Origin: a virus
Reading direction: 5' to 3' (one strand)
Length of the DNA: 64,000 nucleotides
IMG/VR virus record: IMGVR_UViG_3300022939_000016
Span: 14,730-78,729 of that record
Below, one piece after another: positions 57,930 to 64,000 of this stretch. Within the stretch, counting starts at the first letter, position 1. Every line of letters starts with the position of its first letter. Both the position numbers and the translations under genes were made by a program. The notes below the pieces were generated by a model that made no database searches, was not told the DNA's origin, and worked only from the letters and a program-made list of their open reading frames with translations.

Positions 57930-57941
57930 AGTATTATACAC
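57930..57941 (-). promoter_or_regulatory. Putative late-promoter motif GTGTATAATACT
   Basis: Intergenic, about 25 nt upstream of the 57905 start (AGGAG SD); identical to 14664-14675. Confidence 0.55.
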
Positions 57942-57955
57942 TGATTTTGGCTTAA

Positions 57956-58444
57956 TTACCATGCAGCAACGGCTACTCTTTTCCACACACCGTCAGAAAC
58001 GCAAACAAGCAACCACTCGCCGTCGTCACTCACAGAAATTTGGCCCTTTTTGCCGGGAGTTGCTGAAACTGCTGGGGCTGGTTCTTCAACTAAGCAAGGC
58101 TTCACGGCTGTTTCGTCTGCTCTAGTAAAGACTAGCTCATCAGCAGCGGTGCTAAGTTTATTATCACCGATAAACATACTATTGCTACTCAGATATAAGT
58201 GTCTGATTTTGTATTCTGCTGAACCCAAATCATATGCTGAGTTGGTATCTGGAATGTAGTGGCCGGATACTGATATATTTGTGTCCGTACACTGAATCTC
58301 TCCTCCAGCCGATTTAATACCAGATGCCAAATTGACAATAGAATCGATAGTAACTTTGGAAGTTGTTGTGCCATCATCCGCAACTACAAACTGAGAAGCT
58401 GTTGCGTTTGCGGCTAAAAGTTCTGAAATTTTTACTGTTGCCAT
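57956..58444 (-). CDS. Short fibre protein with N-terminal KISEL motif
   Basis: MATVKISEL; IPDTNSAYDLGSAEYKIRHLYLS fibre repeat; C-terminal PGKKGQI...LLVCVSDGVWKRVA motif typical of phage fibres. Confidence 0.7.
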   Translation of the reverse strand: MATVKISELLAANATASQFVVADDGTTTSKVTIDSIVNLASGIKSAGGEIQCTDTNISVSGHYIPDTNSAYDLGSAEYKIRHLYLSSNSMFIGDNKLSTAADELVFTRADETAVKPCLVEEPAPAVSATPGKKGQISVSDDGEWLLVCVSDGVWKRVAVAAW

Positions 58445-58489
58445 TTTGTTTACCCTTTTATGGTTAGAAGAATTGAAATTGAAAAAATA

Positions 58490-61400
58490 CTATGGTGCTG
58501 TTGTTGTGGTTGTGGTGGTTGTGGTAGTTGTTGTAACAAACCCATTAACACTAATTATCTCATCATCTTGCGTTGTTATATAATTTCCGGTTTGTGTTGA
58601 GAGAAGGTCTGCTTCTCTAATTTGATAAAGCGCTGCGTATCCACCGAGATCGTTATCAGCGATAGCAAAGTAATTTCCGGTATCATCAATGGCTAATTCT
58701 GTAATATCCTCGCTGGAGCCACATGTAAATTCAGAAATGGACAAAAACATCCCAGTAATTTTGGCATCGCCAGTAATTCGTACATATACATCCGTTACAC
58801 CCGCAGGCTTAATGATTGTGTAAAATTTCGCACTTGGTCCCGGCATACCACAAGGAGTATCCGTAGGGCTGCCTGTTACAATTAGCCCCGTGTCTAACAG
58901 AGAAACTTCACTGTTATTTCCGTCGTAATAAAATACTTCAACTCTTTCTCCGGCCCCGTATGTTTCAAAAATTACTGAATAATCAAGTTGTTCACTTACT
59001 GTGCTATATGGGCCGTGGGTTTGTACGCTGACTCCGGGAGAATCTGAAACGCTAGTACAATCTGATCTATGTTTATAAGTTATTAACACTAACGGTTCTG
59101 GCTTATCTATTGCTAGTTCGTGAGCAGAGTACCACTGGTTATTGTAGTATACAAGATTGTGATTATTTATAAACAGGGAATTGCCATCGCTAGACAGTTT
59201 AGCTCTGGTAATTATATTGGACTCCAATCCTTGCACCGGAACACCCTTTATGCTCCAAGAGGATTCGTCTTCGCTCAGAGTAAAGACTTCTGCCTTACCG
59301 TAAGTTTGTCCGTTTGAGTTTTCTTCTGAGACAATAGCAATTGTTCGCCCATCTGACGAAAGGTCAATGCTGACACCAAATCTTTCGTTTGCGTTAGAGC
59401 CATTGATTATGTTTCCAAGAACATCCCAATTATTGCTTGTTGCATTGTATCGATAGGCTACAACTCTGCCAGCGTTACCTGTTGAAATCTCTTGAATTAA
59501 ATCCTGTTCGGTCGCCTCGTCTGGAACTGTGACAGTTTCGTTAATGCTTTGGCCGGGTGCTGAAATTGCTATAATTTGGCTATTAGCACTAATTGCTACA
59601 TCGTATCCGTTGTTGACATCAACCTTGCTTTCCGTTCCATCTAAGCCCGCAGTTAAATCAATGGGATTTCCCTTGGGTTTCCACAAGGAGCTTTCAGAAC
59701 TTAAAGCTATTTGATCTTCATTCTGTGTAACAATTTCATCTCCGCTCTGTGTTGCGAGTGAGACACCTAACTGATAGACCTGAACCTTTCCAATGTCTTG
59801 TTCGTCTTCATTGTTATCGTAATATGGAGAACCAATTATTATAGTTTCTCCATGTTCGCTTATATCTATTGACTTGCCAAAGCCCTCATCTATTTGTGTT
59901 CCTTCAAGCGTATTTCCTAATTGGTTCCATGATTCTTGTGTTTCATTGTAACCCCAAACTTGCACATATCCTCCAGCTGTTTGTTGGCTGCTCACACCGC
60001 TAGGCGCAGCAATAGCTACAACATTGCCGTTAGCAGTTAAGCTTATAGTTTCTCCATAGTTATCATTGCTTGCGGAACCATAGAGTTCTTGGCCTTTAGC
60101 AATCCAGCTTGTTCCGCTTGGATGATAAATCATAACAGACCCATTAAAATTTGAACCACTGACGCTTTTCTGTGGAGATCCGACTGCTATATTAACGCCG
60201 AGTTGACCATTAGAAATACTTAAGCTTGTTCCCAAATTATCTTCTACGGTAGATCCGTGAAATTCTTGAAGCTTTATAAATTCCTCTGGGGTTTCGGGCG
60301 TATAAGGTTGCGGTTCGTTGAGCAACTTGCAACTGTTTACCACATTGTCTGTTAAAAATTCTCTGGGATCAAAAATGCTGCTCATATCATACACTGTATA
60401 TCCAGAGTATCTGGTTGGCGGCTTGTTTATTGGAGATAGGACAACCAAATCGTCATTATCTATAACGTCTGGAATAGAATACAAAAAGCTGTATATTAGA
60501 CGGGAAGCTTCGCTACTCCATCCCCAGTAATTAAAGTAATACAAAGCATTTGTCCAACTCTTAAAGTTAGGCAAGGAACTAGGTGGCGCTTTAGATGAAG
60601 TAAAAAAGCCATTACCAAAGTTGCTAAATAATTTTCCATTGCAAAATTTAGTCTCTGTTTGATTTAATGTATAGTCATTTCTAAGTGCCTTACGGAAATT
60701 ACAGTTATACCGATAGTCCCACTGCCAACTCCAATCCCACCAATAATAATAATAATCATAATAATTAATATAATAAACGTTATAAGAGGCATCCTGCCCC
60801 CAATATTGATTGCTAAACACTGGCAGTGTTATCGCAAGACCCGCTGGCAATGTAATTTCTTTATCCTCTTTACCAAAATCTTCACCGCCATGATAACTTA
60901 GCTTGCCAAATCTATTGTACTCGTAATTAAAACTTATAGGTTCTTCTGATGTGTTTACTATGGTAAAATATGCCATATTGCCAGTATAATATGGAAATTG
61001 TCTCAAATACGCATTGAATGTGGTTGTTACTTCGCACCCGTCGCAAACCCCCGGATTTGTAAACAGATCGTTATATTCCTTGCATGTAATTACAGCACAG
61101 TCATGGTTTTCTGGCGCTGCGTCAAGCTTGGAATTTAACAGGGTTATGAGTCCACTTGGAACGGTTTTTGCGGAATAAGTTTTTCCAAAATCATCAGCAT
61201 GGCTACCATCGTACAGAAAACTTGGAAGCGGAGGACATTCACAATCTGTGGTTGATGCGTCTGTTGTGACGTTCCATGTTCCTGAAGGTCTTATCGTATT
61301 ATCGTTAGTGCATGATTGACAAGGAAATTCTGTGCAAAGGTCTATTGCTTCTTCGCTTGTGTATACGTCTGGATAGTTATTTACGAGGTAATTGGCGCAA

Positions 61401-64000
61401 TCTTGTATGCTTGAAAAACCTCCAGCTTGAAAACACGCTTCGCTTGGCGGCTCATAAGTCCAGATGCAATTTCCAACACAACTTCCGGTGTCGCACTCAA
61501 TACAGTCTTTTTGTGTCAGATACCAACCAGTATTGTACAATCTCCCCGGCTCAACAAGGTGAGCGGTTGAAATATTACCATAAGTAGGGTTTGGATAAAT
61601 TTCATTGAATCGAGCGTCCAAATTTCTTGAACTATAAGTACTGTAGCTTAGGTTTTGGATGTTGTAATCATACAAACCCCATTCTGGAGTAACGAATTCA
61701 TATGAACCACTAGGATGTGCAGGCGAAGAGTATGAAACCGTAATATTACCTGCATTAAAATCCCACACTTCTTCTAGATGGTAGTCTAAAGGGTTGGGTA
61801 TAGTTAAAGTTTGTCTTATTTCTCCGTCACCCCCCCAATTTAAGTTAGCGGTAGTGAAGGTATATGGAGGGGCATTCATATATCTAGTAACATCGTTGCC
61901 GTTACTATCATAGAAAAGGTATTTCCTGTTAACAATAAATTTTTCTAGGTCGCCTTGATAATCTACGATAGATTCCGTATGCTCTTCGACATAACTAACC
62001 AAGGGGTTGGACGAAGACCCTGCGCAAGTAGGGTCATGTTTATAGCTATAATATTTTAGAGTACTATCCCTCGGCTCGTAATACCTAAAATTCATTGTGC
62101 CATAGCGATCATCTTCAGATGAAGTTATTGTCCCTGAAGCTCTGACTTCTGGTTCTGTCACCCCATAGCCTGACTGCGCCCAGTGACGAATGAAATAAGA
62201 ACTGTTGCAGTATGGTCGTACAACATTGCGCAGACAGTTTGAATTTCTGTATTCCAAGCTTCTTGATTCCAAGCCTTTAAAGTTGGATTCATTTCCCCAC
62301 GGATCTGTTAAAGAAACATCCACTGCGCATAAGTCAGGATTGTGACTTCGGACATAATTAACAAGCTGTTTATATGTACTATTTATCCAGCCCGCACTTC
62401 TAAGGTAAACTTTTGGGCTTGTTTCTAAATATAACCCCGGAGCAGATGTCATGTCGCAAGTAATTACCCCCTCTGTGCTTCCAGAGAACTGTGCGGAATT
62501 TGCACCAGATACAATAGAACCCCTATTCTTCCACTGATACGAGAAAGTTTCATACTTAGTATCAATTTCAACAGAGATATACCCCGCATTAAAAACCAAC
62601 TCTTCTGGTTTCCTAGCAAGAACACTAAAGTTTGTGTTTTCCAAAATTAAGTGTCTTTGTTCAGTAAGGTGGCTAGCCATTAACTTGTGGCCAATGTTGC
62701 TCATTTGTATTGAAGACGAATTTAAGCCAGCAATTGCGCTAGTATTGCTTGCGGTCATCGGGCTTGCTGTTCTGTCAACTTCATAAAACTTAATTGCGCC
62801 ACCGGACTGATTGTAATTGTCAACGCTTGCGGCCACATAATTTCCAAAATAATCTAAAGCGATACCATTATGGGCTAATTCTTCAGAAGGTTCTCCATAT
62901 TGCTGTAGTTCAAGATTGAAAAGTCCAGTGTCTAAATCTAATGAAACCAACTTAAAGGAACCATTATCTCCGTTGGTCGCATAATCTCCACTATTACCGG
63001 CTGGACCAAAAGCAAAAAGAACACCCGAACCATTAATAGCTACATTGTAATTATTTCGTCCGCTCAAGTTAAAAAGTGGAGTTGTTGAGTTTAATAATGT
63101 AGACCCATCATATTTATATACTTGCGGGCCTCCAGCTTCGTTGCCAATGACTATAGTATTTCCAGCATCGTCCATGTCTAACATGTGATGCCAAGATATA
63201 TCTTGGCTATTATTTGGATCAAAATTAGTATCTGGATATGTCTGACTGCTAAAGATAGCTTCTCCAAGCTTAGACCACGCAGAACCAGAATATTCATGCA
63301 GAGAAAGGAAAGAAGAATCTCCACTAATTGCTGTATCTACCAATACAGCTAACCTGTTTCCATCTACACTGCTTTTCATTGAAACGAACGCGCCGCCAGA
63401 AATTGCTATGTCTGATCCTACCTGAGACCAAGTTTTGTCGCCATTTGTGTCTTCGTAAGATTTGATAGTATACTGAGTGCCATCAGTTGTAACGGCTGCA
63501 AATATTTTGTCACCAACACCATTAATAGCGAGAGGAATTTTGTAATCAAAAACATGTTCGGCATCCGTGAGTGGTATAAATCCAGAACCAGTAATTGTTC
63601 TATGTTGTACTCCATAAATACCAACTCCCGAAGCTGTAGCGTCTTGTTCGTATTGCGTGGTAGACCTGTATGAAGAATTAACTACAACGTTTCCGTCTGC
63701 GCTCATTGCGGAATCTTGTTCATATGCCCCGATGTAGAATTGTAAATCTTCTGAGTCATACGGTTTGGGGTCAGTTTCTGTGTCATAGACAGTTTCCCAA
63801 GAGGCACTAACGGGATCAAAAAGTGTAAATTCGTTTGGCTCTTTTTTATTAATAGTAAGAACTCTAGATGTTCCATCGTCGGTTCCGACAATATCAGCGT
63901 TAGGAGATCCAACGATAAGAATGTCACCTTCGGCGTTTGATCCTATTGCATAACCAGAATAATCGTTTAGATTTTCTCCGTGTATTTCTTGAGCGACCAA
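58490..64000 (-). CDS. Giant beta-propeller (FG-GAP-like) virion protein, 5' end outside window
   Basis: >1836 aa, open to the window edge. Blades such as YGETISLTANGNVVAIAAP, FGKSIDISEHGETIIIGSP and FGVSIDLSSDGRTIAI; Cys-rich and Tyr/Trp-rich central region; poly-Thr-AP C-terminus. Confidence 0.75.
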   Translation of the reverse strand: MVAQEIHGENLNDYSGYAIGSNAEGDILIVGSPNADIVGTDDGTSRVLTINKKEPNEFTLFDPVSASWETVYDTETDPKPYDSEDLQFYIGAYEQDSAMSADGNVVVNSSYRSTTQYEQDATASGVGIYGVQHRTITGSGFIPLTDAEHVFDYKIPLAINGVGDKIFAAVTTDGTQYTIKSYEDTNGDKTWSQVGSDIAISGGAFVSMKSSVDGNRLAVLVDTAISGDSSFLSLHEYSGSAWSKLGEAIFSSQTYPDTNFDPNNSQDISWHHMLDMDDAGNTIVIGNEAGGPQVYKYDGSTLLNSTTPLFNLSGRNNYNVAINGSGVLFAFGPAGNSGDYATNGDNGSFKLVSLDLDTGLFNLELQQYGEPSEELAHNGIALDYFGNYVAASVDNYNQSGGAIKFYEVDRTASPMTASNTSAIAGLNSSSIQMSNIGHKLMASHLTEQRHLILENTNFSVLARKPEELVFNAGYISVEIDTKYETFSYQWKNRGSIVSGANSAQFSGSTEGVITCDMTSAPGLYLETSPKVYLRSAGWINSTYKQLVNYVRSHNPDLCAVDVSLTDPWGNESNFKGLESRSLEYRNSNCLRNVVRPYCNSSYFIRHWAQSGYGVTEPEVRASGTITSSEDDRYGTMNFRYYEPRDSTLKYYSYKHDPTCAGSSSNPLVSYVEEHTESIVDYQGDLEKFIVNRKYLFYDSNGNDVTRYMNAPPYTFTTANLNWGGDGEIRQTLTIPNPLDYHLEEVWDFNAGNITVSYSSPAHPSGSYEFVTPEWGLYDYNIQNLSYSTYSSRNLDARFNEIYPNPTYGNISTAHLVEPGRLYNTGWYLTQKDCIECDTGSCVGNCIWTYEPPSEACFQAGGFSSIQDCANYLVNNYPDVYTSEEAIDLCTEFPCQSCTNDNTIRPSGTWNVTTDASTTDCECPPLPSFLYDGSHADDFGKTYSAKTVPSGLITLLNSKLDAAPENHDCAVITCKEYNDLFTNPGVCDGCEVTTTFNAYLRQFPYYTGNMAYFTIVNTSEEPISFNYEYNRFGKLSYHGGEDFGKEDKEITLPAGLAITLPVFSNQYWGQDASYNVYYINYYDYYYYWWDWSWQWDYRYNCNFRKALRNDYTLNQTETKFCNGKLFSNFGNGFFTSSKAPPSSLPNFKSWTNALYYFNYWGWSSEASRLIYSFLYSIPDVIDNDDLVVLSPINKPPTRYSGYTVYDMSSIFDPREFLTDNVVNSCKLLNEPQPYTPETPEEFIKLQEFHGSTVEDNLGTSLSISNGQLGVNIAVGSPQKSVSGSNFNGSVMIYHPSGTSWIAKGQELYGSASNDNYGETISLTANGNVVAIAAPSGVSSQQTAGGYVQVWGYNETQESWNQLGNTLEGTQIDEGFGKSIDISEHGETIIIGSPYYDNNEDEQDIGKVQVYQLGVSLATQSGDEIVTQNEDQIALSSESSLWKPKGNPIDLTAGLDGTESKVDVNNGYDVAISANSQIIAISAPGQSINETVTVPDEATEQDLIQEISTGNAGRVVAYRYNATSNNWDVLGNIINGSNANERFGVSIDLSSDGRTIAIVSEENSNGQTYGKAEVFTLSEDESSWSIKGVPVQGLESNIITRAKLSSDGNSLFINNHNLVYYNNQWYSAHELAIDKPEPLVLITYKHRSDCTSVSDSPGVSVQTHGPYSTVSEQLDYSVIFETYGAGERVEVFYYDGNNSEVSLLDTGLIVTGSPTDTPCGMPGPSAKFYTIIKPAGVTDVYVRITGDAKITGMFLSISEFTCGSSEDITELAIDDTGNYFAIADNDLGGYAALYQIREADLLSTQTGNYITTQDDEIISVNGFVTTTTTTTTTTTTAP
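58499..58534 (-). repeat. Poly-threonine coding run (mixed ACA/ACC/ACT codons)
   Basis: About 12 consecutive Thr codons before GCA CCA TAG. Confidence 0.9.
60705..60785 (-). repeat. (TAT)n-rich low-complexity run encoding YYINYYDYYYYWWDWSWQWDYRY
   Basis: The plus strand reads caataataataataatcataataattaatataataa. Confidence 0.8.

Noticed and set aside
442-63927. Numerous short antisense or alternate-frame ORFs in the ORF track (e.g. 2394-2609, 40190-40600, 52518-53015)
   Set aside because: They lie wholly within well-supported genes, lack SD sites or recognisable motifs, and are the expected shadows of codon bias.
1-64000. Genome-wide stop-codon reassignment (TAG or TGA)
   Set aside because: Conserved enzymes and multi-kb genes are uninterrupted in code 11, and TAG ends several genes (dnaQ, dnaE-C, 16374-17171) at sensible positions.
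1-64000. tRNA, rRNA or riboswitch (including a cobalamin switch before nrdJ)
   Set aside because: Intergenic gaps are nearly all under about 85 nt and show no cloverleaf or aptamer; the gap before nrdJ is only about 32 nt.

Overview
A 64-kb gene-dense segment of a large, AT-rich dsDNA tailed phage genome (standard code 11, probably aquatic; host not determinable from this window). Positions 1-25.4 kb (+) carry a virion module: the 3' part of a tape-measure-like gene followed by very large LamG- and FG-GAP/beta-propeller-containing tail/baseplate proteins. This module converges at a bidirectional terminator (~25.47 kb) on a minus-strand block. That block has a Rad52-like annealing protein, a free-standing Vsr-like endonuclease, a cluster of glycosyltransferases and degenerate sugar enzymes, and SSB. 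It also has a DnaE polymerase split into two intein-less genes with dnaQ and an orphan ORF between them, a Cas4-like exonuclease, dNMP kinase, primase, DnaB, RecA, PhoH, dUTPase and class II RNR. A second minus-strand structural cluster (three Mtd_N fibre paralogues, a KISEL-type fibre, a >1800-aa propeller protein) runs off the right edge. Three observations stand out. (1) Three unrelated virion proteins, including an unannotated 41-aa ORF, end in the same poly-Thr-x-Ala-Pro tail in a genome with five glycosyltransferases, which suggests a tag-directed virion O-glycosylation system. (2) A portable TQxGxxIxTQ hairpin motif is inserted three times into unrelated structural proteins, suggesting a plug-and-socket fibre docking system. 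(3) The replicase is encoded as DnaE-N / DnaQ / DnaE-C. All family assignments come from motif recognition by eye; no searches were run.
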